A stretch of DNA of 64,000 nucleotides from Okamejei kenojei (Eukaryota): NCBI GenBank assembly GCA_035221665.1, contig CM069140.1, positions 22,754,001 to 22,818,000 on the forward strand, written 5' to 3'. A program made the position numbers and the translations under genes. Of this stretch, positions 11,463-24,499 are shown one piece after another (the stretch's first letter is position 1; each line of letters starts with the position of its first letter). The notes under the pieces are model-generated. The model had not been told where the DNA came from, made no database searches, and saw only the letters and a program-made list of their open reading frames with translations.

Positions 11463-13184
11463 TATATGGTTAATTCATCAGAACGGACATGAATGCCACA
11501 GTTCTGTAGTTATGGATGTGGAAGCGATAGTAGAAGCGCACCCAGTACTATTTTATTTTCTAACTAAGGCCAAAAGACACCATTAAGTAATTTTTTTTTA
11601 ACGTTTCTGGTGATGTCAGTTGCAGAAGAAATGTGATGTGAAAACAATAGCCCTATATTAGATATTTATTTTTTTACTTGATCAGGCAGTTAACATTTCA
11701 TTGAATGACATTGCAACAGTATTAAACTGCACTGTACAGAAGTGTCGAGAGAGTTTATTGTCATGTGTCCCAGATAGGACAATGAAATTGTCCTGCGTTA
11801 AATATACTGCCATGACCTTTTGTTTAATCCTAAAGGGAGAAATCACTGTTTAAATTGAATTACAGGTTTTCAATATAATTAACAATGTTACAAGATATAA
11901 CTGGTCTTGTTTGTCTGTATCAAAGATACTTGAGAAGCTCTAATATCTTTGGTCTGTATAAAGAAGTGCATGGATATTTTTGAAGCAAATAAAATGTGGG
12001 GGCCGGGGTTGAAAGCTGTTTATTTAAACTGCATCTTTCCTGGACAATGCAGTGCTTTAAGGAGTCAACATGATTTGGAATTACAAAATAAAATACTTCA
12101 AAACTCTTCATTATATGTAGTACAATTGACATACATTACTGAGGCAGCATTCAGATGAAGTCAACAACCAGGAAAAAAAAAGCTTCATTCAACTGAAGAA
12201 GAGTCTGTGCAAATCCAATCTTTTGAACACTATGGAATCAGTTTATGCTTTTGTGAGAGAAATACATTTGTTTCTAAAAGAGTTGACTTGTGCAAACCAT
12301 GTCCACATTAGTAAGGATTAATAGTTCATGATACCTATAGACTTCCTGTTCATGTGTTTCTTCATGTTGAAAGTCTGGCATCAAATCATGGGAGGGGAGA
12401 TTGGGTGCCAGTCTGTCTGTCTCCCATCTTGCTACCTGAGTTCCAATTTAAGTATTTCTTAAGGTCTTAGCGACATCATGGCTCTGCGGTATAATAAATA
12501 ATGGAAAGGTAGTGTAGCAAAATCAAGAAACTTAAGCCAGCCACTGTTTATCTTGATGCAAGCAGGTTTTGTTAAATGCTCATAGTTTGAACATAAGCAT
12601 TATTCATTTAGACAAGTGTATTTTCAAAGGAGTCACCAGGCTGGCACATACTCCAAAACTGCCTGAATTATAAATCAGAAATAAAACAACTGTGCATTTT
12701 TGTTGATACTGTGTAGTACATTCACTTAATTTAACATTAAGATGGGAATACAAGGTTTCCTGAGCGCTTTCCTGAAAAGTCATTAAAATGTTTAAAACAC
12801 TTACAATTGGGTTGAGGGAATTCAGTCTTTATAGAATCCCAGGATTGAATAAAGCAAACAAAACTGAAAGTGCATGACAAATCATTTCATTCAGTGGTTA
12901 AAATATAATCTTGGATATTTTCTATTTTGAGATCAATAATATTGTTTTGGTTATTTTTAACAAAAGAATCTTGAATGTGAGCAGGAAATGCTGGTTACTT
13001 CAAAAGAGGTGGCATCTTTGGAAAAATAAACAGTTACCATTTCAAATCCAAGAATCTTTGTCAGAACAGGAAAGAGTTTTTAAAATAAATAACTTGTAAG
13101 TTGCAGAGGTGGTGGGAGGAATGTTCAAAACAAATAGCATATCTGATAAGATGAGAATAGGTCAAATGAGCACAGCAGTTAGAA

Positions 13185-13290
13185 GGTACACGAAAATGCT
13201 GGAGAAACTCAGCGGGTGAGGCAGCATCTATGGAGCAAAGGAAATAGGCGACATTTTGGGTCAAGACCCTTCTTCAGACCCTTCTTCAGC
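13185..13290 (-). repeat. Penelope-derived short repeat with degenerate hammerhead motif
   Basis: GCTGGAGAAACTCAGCGGG...GGGTCAAGACCCTTCTTCAGAC, same family as 45849-45945. Confidence 0.75.
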
Positions 13291-13757
13291 AGTTAGAGGC
13301 TGATTATGCCACCTTGCCTGATTGTGAAGCTCATAGCAGGTCACTCTATTCCAATGGAGAGAGAAACATTGAGCCAAAATCACAGGGTTAATGCTAGTTT
13401 CCTCAATTTGAAGATCCAAACCCCAAAAGGTTGTAACATACTCAATATTCCTCCAAATTTAACTTAAATGTATATTACTATTTTAAAACAGTTATGCCTC
13501 TTTTACTTCCATTTATATGAGGTCATGAAAAATTTTGGGGTTAGATTTATTTGCCATTTATGCATTCTTGATTTAATCTAGTTGCATTTTGAAACTGATC
13601 ACGGCTTTCCAAGTGGCTCACAGAACTGAAAATTGTGAAATGCTAAGTTTTACCTTTAATGGGGCTATATCTACCTTGGTTAAATTCTGTTCCAGCCAGT
13701 GCTCCTTAAACTTTTTTTTCATATGACATAAAGATTCACTTCAACTCTTATCCAAAC

Positions 13758-13850
13758 TAGACACAAAATGCTGGAGTAACTCAGCAGGACATGCAGCATC
13801 TCTGGAGAGAAGGAATGGGCGATGTCCGGGTCGAGACCCTTCTTCAGACT
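13758..13850 (-). repeat. Penelope-derived short repeat with degenerate hammerhead motif
   Basis: AGACACAAAATGCTGGAGTAACTCAGC...GGGTCGAGACCCTTCTTCAGACT. Confidence 0.78.
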
Positions 13851-13873
13851 ATCCTAATCCTTATCCTAACTAT

Positions 13874-14181
13874 TGGCCCTGTCCCACTGTACGAGCTCAT
13901 TCAAGAGCTCTCCCGAGTTTTTCAAACTCGTGGAAGCACGTAGAATGTACGTAGCGGGTACGTCGGAGCTCGGGACTTCTCTTAGCAGCTCATAACGCTA
14001 ACAGCAGGTACTCAGGAAACGCGGTAAGCTCGGGAAGACTCGTGAAGATTTTTCAACATGTTGAAAAATGTCCACGAGAGCCCCGAGTGCCTACGAGCGG
14101 CCATTACCGTAAATCTCCGATTGCGAATCAGGGCAAACTCGGGAGAACTCTTGAATAAACTCGTACAGTGGGACAGGGCCA
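13874..14181. mobile_element. PIF/Harbinger-like MITE (308 bp)
   Basis: About 47-bp TIR TGGCCCTGTCCCACTGTACGAG... / ...CTCGTACAGTGGGACAGGGCCA with flanks TAT/TAA. Confidence 0.85.
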
Positions 14182-14752
14182 TAATTCATCCGAATTCAGT
14201 CATGCACAGATCTTCAAATTCCTTTCTTCTGTCTTACTTTTCTTCTACAAATTTGGAGCTTTCATAATATAGTAGTGCTGCGAATCCATCTTGCATCATG
14301 CTGTATTTTCTTTTTGACTTTAGTAGTACTATAGATTCCAAATCTTGATACCCAAGGCAATTCCACATGCAAATATAAAGTAAGCACTTGGATTTTGGCC
14401 AATCTGGAAGTTTTAAGAATATTTTTACGTGGTTCAGTGGTTCAGTTTTGATAACGTACCGACAAGAAATGTAAGTTCTAATTGCTTATCAGAAGCAGAA
14501 ATCATAATTTCTTGCATCTGTGAAACATTGAGAAATGGACAAAGAAGTCACCACACTACCTGTCAAAAGTGAATGCAAGCAAGAAGGCAGGAGGTTATAA
14601 GGTGGCTAGAGAGATCTAGTTGAGGAAGTGAATGACAATAACATGTGAAATACACAAGTGTTTGGTAAATAGTTTCTGACAGGAGTAGCAGGGTGGAGAT
14701 GAGTTTAAGGTTGTGCATATTTACAATACAGGCAATTCAACCCATCAACCAA

Positions 14753-14927
14753 GTGTGTAAGAAGGAACTGCAGACGCTGGTTTAAACTGAAGATGGACAC
14801 AAAAAGCTGGAATGACTCAGCGGGACAGGCAGCATCTCTAGAGAGAAGAAATGGATGATGTTTCAGGTCGAGACCCTTCTTCAGACAGTCTCGACCCGAA
14901 ACTTAACCCATTCCTTCTCTCTAGAGT
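14753..14927. repeat. Penelope-derived repeat, head-to-head pair
   Basis: Minus copy 14753-14886 abuts a partial plus copy GTCTCGACCCGAAAC...TCTCTAGAG. Confidence 0.75.
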
Positions 14928-15594
14928 TCAAAAACGAAAATTAAGTCAAAATATCAAGTGCAATGATGACATTCATTGTGCTTTTTGCGTTGGGGAACAG
15001 AAGCTATGTTTTTTGAACAAATAAGGCACGGGCAAAATGTGTCGCCGGTGCTTTGCAAACCTTCCCTGAATTTCTGCTTCATGGAAGGACTGAAGAATTT
15101 CAGTTTATCTGGCCCTGATGTGTTGAACTGGCTTTCAAACTTTGAGATAATTCATCATGCACCGTTTTTTTTTGTCTTTGCTCACCTCGCAATAAAGAAT
15201 GGATTAATAATCAATGTCAAATTTTAATTATCTTGATTGCAATTTCTTTGTGGAAACTATAATTTGCAACAATGGTATCCATAATCATGATGTCGCTCAT
15301 AATTATTGAGGACCTCATGTCAAACTTGTTGATTGAAAAGAACATGCTCAGAAAGAAGGCACCTCTCAGCTAATAACCAGTGAAAATGTTACATTAAAGT
15401 GTTAAATGTATGGCTGCCAATTGGGTTCACATCTGTACAGATCATATGTATGCAAGTGCTTGAATTCCTCTCTCGAAGGCTTCCAGGAGACCAAACCTGT
15501 TTAATTGTAAGGTTGTGTCAAGTTGCTTCTAAGTAAGGCAGATTTTTTTATTTAATAAGTAATCTGACCAAAGAACCTAATATCAAGATAATGG

Positions 15595-16595
15595 AGACCA
15601 GAAACTGTAGGTCCTGTTATCATGAGCAGAAAGCAAAATGCTGGAGGAACTCAGCGGGTCAGGCAACAACTGTGGAGGGAATGGACAAACGACGTTTCGG
15701 ATCAGGACTCTTCAGACTGATTGGAGTGAGGACAGAGAGCTGAGAAGAGGTGGGAACGGAACAAAGCCTTGCAAGTGATGGGTGGATACAGGTGAGTGAG
15801 ATGGGAGGGGGGGGGGTGTTGTTTTGATTGCCAGGTGGGTGGAGTAAGTGACAAAGATTAGAGTTGAAAATTATTCAAGAGGATAATGAGAGAAGAACAG
15901 GAAATGTAAAGCGGGAGGAAGGGATATGGGTGGAAGGGGATTGGGGGGAGAGGTTGAACGGAGATAAAGGGGAAATGGGGGACTCGCCAGTGAGATGAGA
16001 GTACTTCTTGCGTATAGCGTGCACAGCCTAAAGTTGCAGGACAACTTGTTCTATTTGATCTTATTTGATTATGCATGCCGGGTTGATTGCTTTTGCCGTG
16101 CAGGTTGCAATCTTCCACCCCAGGTGAGAGTACGAAGGAAGGGAAAGGAATAATGCGTCTGTGGGGGGAGGGGTGATGGTGGGAGAAATGTGTGCGCACC
16201 AGAGTGGGGGTGGGATGGCGGATGATATGAACAATTCAATGTCCATACTGTTGAGTGGGAGGTTACCCTTCCATGTGTGCTCCATTTCATCACTCTTTCC
16301 CCCTCCCGTTTGCTCCCTTCCACCCATACCTTTCCCTGCGGCTTTACATTTCACTCCTCTCCTTATCTGATACCCTTTTGCCTCCTTTTCACCTCTAGCC
16401 AACCCGTCCCCCTAACCTGCATCTATCTATCACTCACTAGGCTTTGTCCCACTCCCATCTCTTTTAAAGCTTACTCCACCCCCCCACCCCCCGTCTACTC
16501 TAATCAGTCTGAAGAGGAGTCCCGACCTGAAACGCTATCTGTTTGTTACCTCCAAGGATGCTGGCTGACAGCTGAGTTCCTCAACATTGGTTTTA
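15595..16595. mobile_element. Penelope-derived remnant: purine-rich minus arm and pyrimidine-rich plus arm, each ending in the terminal repeat
   Basis: Terminal repeats with degenerate hammerhead cores at 15689-15720 (-) and 16505-16540 (+). Confidence 0.65.
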
Positions 16596-17144
16596 ATACC
16601 AAGCTAAACCTAAAATAAAAATATTTTGTTCATGTTAATGACCTTGTAGCCCATTTACTCGAGTCAAAAGTTATTAAATCTTATCGGATATTTCATTCTG
16701 ATTTGGTGGACAAACTAATTATCAAGAGAGCAGAAAAACTGTATTGAACTTTGGAACCAATGTTTTGAACTGAAATTTCTGTCTGTTACAATTAGCTGCT
16801 CTTTGAAGGTGTGTAGAATCAATTATCACAATTATTTTCATTGCCAGGTTGCAGCAAGTTGTTTTTGTTTATTGTTTGTTCATCTAATACAGGTAAATTG
16901 TAAAACTTAAAGAAATAAATTATCTTTCGAAAGATTGGCCCAATAGGTTGACATTTGAAACATCTAATCAAAATTATTTGTCAATGAGAAGTCATCTCTT
17001 TATCAATTTTATTGTCTCATTTCAACATTCACTTTTTATTTCAGTGTTTCAAATTGTGGAGTGACTTTATCTAGCAAGAACTTACAAGTTATTCTATTAT
17101 TCCTATTTGGAAGTAATCAGCTTGATAGAGATCTTGTGTCATTG

Positions 17145-18195
17145 AGTCATATGGAAACAGGCCTTTTGGCCCAACTTGCCCACACCAACCAACATGTCCC
17201 ATCTACACTACCCTGCCTGCGTTTGCCCATATCCCTCTAAACCTATCCTATCCGTGTACCTGTCCAGATGTTTTTTAAACTTTGTGATAGCACTAGCCTC
17301 AACTACCTCCTCCAGCAGCTTGTTCCATTTACCTAACATCCTTTGTGTAAAAATTGAAGATTGTCCCTCGGGATCCTTTTAAATCTTTCTCCCCCATCAT
17401 CTTAAACCTATTTTCTTTAGTTTTTAATTTCCCCTACACTGGGTAAAAGATTGTGCATTTACTCTATATATTCCTCTCATGGTCTTATACATCTCTATAA
17501 GATCATCCTCCTGTGCTTCAAGGAGTAAAGTTCCAGCCTGCTCAACATCTCCCTGTAAAGGGGCTGTCTCACTGCGGGGACCTAATTGGCGAGTTTAGAA
17601 GAGTGAGCCCTCGACTCGTACTCGCAGCATGGTTGACACAAGGTCCTATGAGGTCTTTATAATTCTCCTTCATGCTCAAGAATAGTCCCCGCGTACTCGA
17701 GTCCTCAGTTAGGTCGCAGCGTTTTTTTTAGCATGCTGAAAAATGCCCGCGAGTTAAAAAAAGGTTGCCATTTTTTTTTTCCTTCTCGTAGGTTTACTCG
17801 TAGTAGGTCGGCATGTTATTCGAGGGTAGTCAAAGGTAATCAAAGGTAGTCGTTGATAGTCTTCAACATATTCGAAGGAGGTCATCTTCACTCTTCACTA
17901 TTCGGTGTCCAATTTTCCCGAAGCTAGTCTTCAACATAGTCGAAGGAGATCGAAGGAGGTCTTCTACATAGTCGAAGGAGGTCTTCAACATATTCGTAGG
18001 AGGTTCTCTACATAGTCAAGGAAGGTCAAAGGAGGTGTTCTACTTTGGCGATACAACACAAACATGACACTTTTTCATACTCTTCTAAACTCTTCTACAC
18101 TCACAAATTAGGTCCCCACAGTGGAACAAGCCCTTTACTCAGTCCCTCGAGTCCTGGCAACATCCTTGTAAATCTTCTCTGCACCCTTCCCAGCT
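17145..18195 (-). mobile_element. CR1 3' end fragment split by a MITE at 17559-18134
   Basis: Begins ATGGAAACAGGCCTTTTGGCCCAAC (CR1/SINE 3' tail). LINE sequence resumes after the MITE (CTCCCTG..|..CTCAG). Confidence 0.7.
17559..18134. mobile_element. PIF/Harbinger-like MITE (576 bp) with internal tandem subrepeats
   Basis: TIR AGGGGCTGTCTCACTGCGGGGACCTAATT / AATTAGGTCCCCACAGTGGAACAAGCCCT with flanks TAA/TTA. Internal GTCTTCAACATAGTCGAAGGAG-like units at 17859-18040. Confidence 0.8.
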
Positions 18196-19005
18196 TTATC
18201 CTCCTTATGTAATTGAACACTTGAGTTAGATCCTGATTTTAAGGGCTTTTAAGTTTGGTTCTTGAAAACTTAAGATCAGTCATTGCACTACTATTGTTTG
18301 TTTTTTGAGTATATATATATATAATGTGGGTGTGTGTACTTGTGAGTGTGTACATATACACACTGAACTTTTTCTCTCGTTTATCATATTGTTTACAGTG
18401 TACTATGTTTACATATTCTGTTGTGCTGCAGCAAGTAAGAATTTAATTATTCTATCTGGAACATATGACAATAAAACACTCTTGAGTCTTAAGATATAAC
18501 CTTGAGTCTCAATTGGTCCATGTTGAATTGTGGTAGCCAAATACAGTTTTAAGTAATTCAATTCATAGTCAAGAATCAAGTGTTTTATTGTCATATGTCC
18601 AAGATAGTTACAATGATCACTTTAAATATAATTGGGACATCAAATGTCCTATCTACTTCAATGAGTGAAGTAATGTTGCACTTTCCTACCTTTTAGTTGG
18701 GGTAGATCTGTAAGCTACATGTGCTGTGTGTCCATTTGCCATGATATCTTAGACCTATAAGCGAGTTCGGTATTCCGACTGCGCATGCCCAGGTCATAGC
18801 CACTAGCTATAAAACAGAGCCCAACTCTACTTCATCCGCCGGAAGGTCCACCTCTTCAATCAACGATTGCTGGCCCACTTTAACTCCACCAAGAAACTAG
18901 CCCGCCTCCAGGCTGCCCCTTGACACTCCGCGACCCGACCGCCTGCAGGCTCTGGCCCACGACGCCATCTTGGCCACGATCCAGCACTCACCAGGACACC
19001 CGGCG

Positions 19006-19240
19006 AATATCGTTGCCGCACCCGGCCCATTGAACACCGCCGTTGCACTGGGCCCATCGAACACCGCCATTGCACTGGGCCCATCCAACATTGTCGCTGC
19101 ACCAGACCTACTGAACATTGGCGTCACACCGGGCCCATCCAATATTGCCGCCGCAACCGGCCCATCCAACATGGCCGCCTCACCGGACCTACCGAACATC
19201 GCAGCCGGACCAGGGCACGCCGAACATGGCCGCTGCACCG
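19006..19240 (+). repeat. 27-bp minisatellite (8-9 units) in the Penelope N-terminal linker
   Basis: ORF 18970..19413 reads NIVAAPGPL NTAVALGPS NTAIALGPS NIVAAPDLL NIGVTPGPS NIAAATGPS NMAASPDLP NIAAGPG. Confidence 0.9.
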
Positions 19241-19641
19241 CGTCCCACTCACCTCGTCGCCTCACCAGGCTGGCTGAACCGCGCCGCCCCACTGACCATC
19301 TGCCCACCGGGACCTCCAAGCATCACCCGCCGACCTGGACTCCTACCATCGATTCCACCGACCCTTGCCACGCCGTCGCCTTACCTGCAGCCTGGACTCA
19401 GAACCGGGCCTGAAGTTTCCATGCTGCAGATTCCCACTCCCCTGGGTTTGACTGTGCTGGGTCCTAGTGCCAGTCCCCCTAACCCTGGTAACCTCAGTGG
19501 CTGTTCCACTGGGTCTTCCCCATCCCCCTCAAACCATGTGACCCAAGCTCTTCCCCACCCACACTACAGTCTTCATGCCCCCCCCCCCACTCCAATCTCT
19601 TCCCCCCTGAATGTACAGCCATCAACTCGCTCCGCAACAAC

Positions 19642-20642
19642 CAGGCACGTGCCGTGAGTAATTACTCAGGGTAGGCAGTCAGCCGGTTTTTAAAAAAACT
19701 TAAACCGTGTGTGCGCAGATTGTTTTCTTTGTAAAAAATAAAAAATAAGTAACCATTCCATTTTCCCAAGGCTTCTCAATCTCCATTTATTAATTACTGA
19801 ATGGGTGGGAGACGGAGGATGAAGGCAGGTGGAGAGATGGTGGGAAAAACGGGAGCATTCCGGGACGTTGAATCAGTTGTCATCTTATTCAATGGCAATA
19901 CTAAATCAAGGGTCCAATTGGAAGGAGAGTTCCTTTCACAGCATGTGGAGAATCTGTGCCAGGGTTAAAGATGTGGGGAGGGCAGGAGTGTTGAGAAGGA
20001 GAGGGTCGAAGATCATATCAGTAACTCACTGACCGCTGCCGCAGTGCTCCGGGCATGGACAGCAGAACTGGCCGCCACTTCCGGGGATAGAAGCAGCTCG
20101 GATGCCTGCAATTGGCCGCCGGGACCCGACAACAGAACAGGCTGCCTCTTCAGCGCCTTCAGCCGGCCCGCTCACCTCTGGCAGTGCTCTTCGTCTGAAC
20201 ATCTCTCACCTGCTGTTGAACGGAGCTCTCCCCCCACCCCGGGAAATACAGTATTTAAAAACATAAAGCACCAAGAAATGCACTTACCACGTTATTGTAC
20301 ATTAAGTCCATTCTTCACTGTTTGTTTCCTAAAATACTATTAAAATAATGGCAATCCATATTTGAAAATCCCACCAAGAAACTCGCGCTGCGCATGCGCA
20401 GTGCTGCAAAGGCAGAATTTCTGCTGCCTTCAGCTCCCCTTGAAATTGACGGCTCAGGCAGCGCTGACGGCACGTGGGCTGCACAGACCTTCCCGTGTTA
20501 CAAGTGCTGCGGATGAAAGGCACGGAGAATTATGCCTACCTAAGAGATCGATCTCTCAGATAGGCATAATTTTCCCATGCCTTTACTATTAATATTTAAT
20601 AATTGCCATTTCATAATTTTAGTCAGGGTAGGCAGTGCCTAG
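19642..20642. mobile_element. Non-autonomous DNA-transposon-like insertion (CAG start) in Penelope; right end apparently deleted
   Basis: Starts CAGGCACGTGCCGT. The subterminal motif TCAGGGTAGGCAGT occurs near both ends (19666 and 20623). Penelope sequence resumes at about 20643. No TSD found. Confidence 0.55.
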
Positions 20643-23199
20643 CTCGTCAAGGGAGGCGCCGTGGTAGTCTGGCACGTCGATCTCTACAAAGCTGAGACCA
20701 CGCGCCAGCTCTAGGACACCTCCTACTTACCCCTGGACCATGACCCCACAGACGAGCACCAGGCCACTATCTCTAGCACCATCACTGACTTCATCCACTC
20801 CGGCTCCCTGCCCCCCCCAAGCCTCCAACCTCATCGTTCCCCAGCCCCGCACGGCCCGATTTTACCTTCTCCCCAAAATCCACAATCCTGACTGTCCTGG
20901 TAGACCCATTGTCTCTGCCTGTTCATGCCCTACTGAACCTATTTCCACATACCTTGACTCCATCCTATCCCCCCCTGGTTAAATGCCTCCCTACCTATGT
21001 TCAAGACTCCTCCGACACTCTCCGTCGTCTCCGGACATTCCATTCTCTAGACCCCCATCCCCTCATCTTCACCATGGATGTCCAGTTACTCTACACCTCT
21101 ATCCCCCACCATGAGGGTCTCAAAGCCATCTGGTTCTTCCTCGACCGGAGAACCAACCAATCCCCATCTACAGATACTCTCCTTACCCTTATCCTGGTCC
21201 TTACCCTTAATAACTTCTCGTTTGACTCCTCCCATTTCCTCCAAATACAGGCACGCATGGGCCCCAGCTATGCCTGCCTCTTTGTAGGGTACGTCGAACA
21301 ATCCTTGTTCGAGATGTACCAGGGCCCCTTCCCCGACCTCTACATCGACGATTGCTTTGGTGCCACCTCCTGCACCCACACACAACTGACTGACTTAATC
21401 CGCTTCACCACTAACTTCCATCCGGCACTCAAATACACCTGGACCGTTTCCGACACTTCCCTACCATTTCTTGACCTCACTATCTTCATCGCAGGTGATA
21501 GACTTTTGACCAACATCCATTATAAACCCACTGACTCTCATGGCTATCTAGACTACACTTCTTCCCACCCTGCTTCCTGTAAAGACTCCATCCCCTACTC
21601 CCAATTCCTCCGTCTACGCAGCATCTGCTCCCAGGATGAGGTGTTCCGCACTAGGGCATCGGAAATGGCCTCATTCTTCAGGGAATGGGGTTCCCCTCCC
21701 CCACTATAGATGAGGCTCTCACCTGGGTCTCTTCAATACCGTGTAACACTGCTCTCTCTCTCCCCATCCCCTCACTCGTAACAAGTGCAGAGTCCCCCTA
21801 GGCCTCGCCTTTCACCCTACTATCCGTCACATACAACAAATAGTCCTCCGTCATTTTCGCCGCCTCCAACGTGACCCCACCACTCGCCACATCTTCCCAC
21901 CTGCAACGGTGCCCTCCCCGCCCCGCCCCCCCCCCCCCCCCCCCGGTCTCCCACTGAAAAAAGACAATAAATCAGACCCAGACTATACTCTATCTACAGT
22001 GCTTCTGTTCGATTTATATTTATAGCGTTCGACCTTTGACAAATCCCACGATTCCTTGCATTTTTCGGAATACCGAACGAGACAGTCCTGTTTCAACCAC
22101 CAGATGTCATCAGTTGGCCTAGTTAACACAGCGTAATGATTTCCTGAAGATATCAGGTTGCACTCTTAATATTCTATCAGAAAATCTTCTGAAGAATGAG
22201 AGCTGAAATAAAATAGTTGATTCATCTACATCCTGAAAATCTCATTCAAGTGTTGGTTTGGTTTAAAAGATAGGTGATCATCAGTCCTTGATAATGCAAC
22301 TTGTAAGATAAAGAGCAAGCAACAAATTTCATACCATTCTTATCCACCAGTTGCTAAATGGATCAACAACAATCATGCAATTCTTGAAGGATACTTTCCA
22401 AGTTACCATTGTTTATTTAAAACTTCCAGAACGCTTAAACATTTAAGATTTACTTCACTCCCCTAATCTTCAAAATACGTAAAATTCTCTAGCTCTTATT
22501 ATAGGTATTTCAGATGTGATTACTGCAATAACAATCTGTTTTCACAGGTGGAAAGCGTTTCTTTAAATATCCACTGCTGCCCAGGTATTTTAAGTGTATT
22601 TGCCAACTGTATCAGACAACTATGTAAAACATATGATAAGATGCAACTTGAATGTCACACTTTGTGACTATATAACACATAGCAGGTGTTAATTGATAAA
22701 GCTTCCCCATACCCCTGCATGCAGAACGTACTGTCTCCTAGCAGTATATTAGTGATGACTAAGTTGTTCTTTGTTCCATTCCTACTCCCACCATTTATTC
22801 CAATCCGACGCCTACTATTTTAATGGAAAATGGATTTGCCTATTAAATTATTTTATAAGAGAGACTAACATTCATCTCAGAAATTTCAATTTCATGTTTA
22901 TCACTGTTGTATCTACTGCACGATTTAGAATTAAAATCAAGTCATTGCCATTCTTTAATAAACGTTGTATTTATTTCTCATTTCCACACTTAATGGGGGA
23001 GGAATAAGCTGCTAGGTTTGGGATAGAGGAATAGCACTAAATAAGACTCGACAAGACTAATAATATATGGCTACGACTAGGTAAAAGCTCCATGGATTGG
23101 GCAGCATCTGAGGCAAAAAATAAACGCAGTTAATGTTTCCAGGTGTTCTTATGAAAGGTGCATGTGAAACATGAACTCTATTAGAAGGGAAGTAAACGT

Positions 23200-24010
23200 T
23201 AATATGAGAGCGACCAGGAGACCGCACAAGAAAATATAAGCTGCCAACATAACTGGGAAATCCAAATGAGATCCTATAGACATAGAGATCGTCAAAGGGG
23301 ACTATATGGAGGAGTGGGATTATTAAAGTTAAAAATGGAAACGTACATGATCATTGACATTGTTAAGATCCCAAATTAATGTTTTCCATCTATCTTCATA
23401 AGGGAAGAAAGTTCATATGGGAAGAAAGCTTCCAAAGTAATAGTGAAGATCGACAGTTGAGACACTGCATACTTTAAAGTTAATAGCATGAACAAATTAG
23501 AAAAGTTGGTTTAACTTAAGGTCGATAAGTTAGCAGGACTGGGTTCATTCTGTTACTTTGATGAAAGTAAAGGAGCTCTAACCTTTATTTTCCAATGATC
23601 TTGGGATTTACGAGATGCCAGGAAATGCCAGGAGCAGTGCATATTGTTCAATAAAATGGAGCAAGCATAAGACCAGCAACTACTGGCCAGTTGGATTAAT
23701 CTTGATGTTGGGGAGATTTTTAAAAACATCAGCCTGGGACAAGATTAACTGTCACCTGGAGGAAAATAGATTAGGGCAAACTCTGTTCAACCAATTCAAT
23801 AGAATTATTGGATGCCACAAAAAATAGAATTGAGGTTGATATCGTCAATGACAGACAGACAAACTGTAGGCTTTTGACAAAAGTCTTAGCAGCAAAGTTG
23901 ATTAAAATCATGACTTCAAGCAGTGAAAGCATGATTATAAAGTTGATCGGGTAATAGAAACAAGATTCATCATGAATGGATGTTTTATGGACTGGGGGAA
24001 GGTGAAGAGC
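23200..24010 (+). mobile_element. Old, highly decayed CR1-like fragment
   Basis: Residual motifs SNYWPVGL..MLGRFL..WDKINCHLEEN (ORF 23615..23827) and GCTTTTGACAA. Confidence 0.55.
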
Positions 24011-24499
24011 AGGATTTCAAACCCTCAAATACTCTTTCAGAGTATGACCCCAGCATGGAACATCAGGCCATTGCCTCCAAGTGGTCACTGACCTCATTTC
24101 CTCAGGAGATCTTCCAAACAGAGCCTCGGGCCAATGTTCTACAGTCTGCATCTGCTTCCTCCCCAAAATTTGCAGGCAGGACCACCTCAATCACCTTACT
24201 CTTGCCACACCAAATGTACTTGTTACTAACTTGACTCCCTCCTTTCTTCCCTGGTTCAGTCCCTTGCCACGAGCATTTTGGCAGTCTGGTCTGAATCAAC
24301 TTCACTATGGACATCGAGTTCCTCCAGTACCCCACCTCCAACACCCTCATTTACCACCTGAATGCATACTAGCACCAAACAAAATTTCCTTCAGCTCCAC
24401 TCACTTTCTCCAGATTATTAGTACGGTAGTGTAAACTGGTATTTACACAGCATGGTTCAGTCTATCCCTGCCTCTTTCTGGGATACAAGAACCAATTTC

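Larger units (their letters stand above)
18810..21903 (+). mobile_element. Penelope-like element, frameshifted and 3'-truncated, interrupted at 19642-20642
   Basis: RT motifs [75 protein letters not shown] (ORFs 20740..20982 and 20909..21709). Confidence 0.9.

Noticed and set aside
17859-18040. Repeated 22-nt units as a possible CRISPR-like array
   Set aside because: Degenerate tandem subrepeats inside a MITE, without unique spacers, in a eukaryotic context.
18860-19657. Overlapping repetitive ORFs on both strands as a possible host structural protein
   Set aside because: GC-rich 27-bp minisatellite inside a Penelope element.
22097-22110. CTCF-like CCACCAGATGTCA (and GGCGCCCCTGGTGG at 4660-4673)
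   Set aside because: Both deviate in the core and lie in or next to repeats; unsupported without a PWM scan or ChIP.
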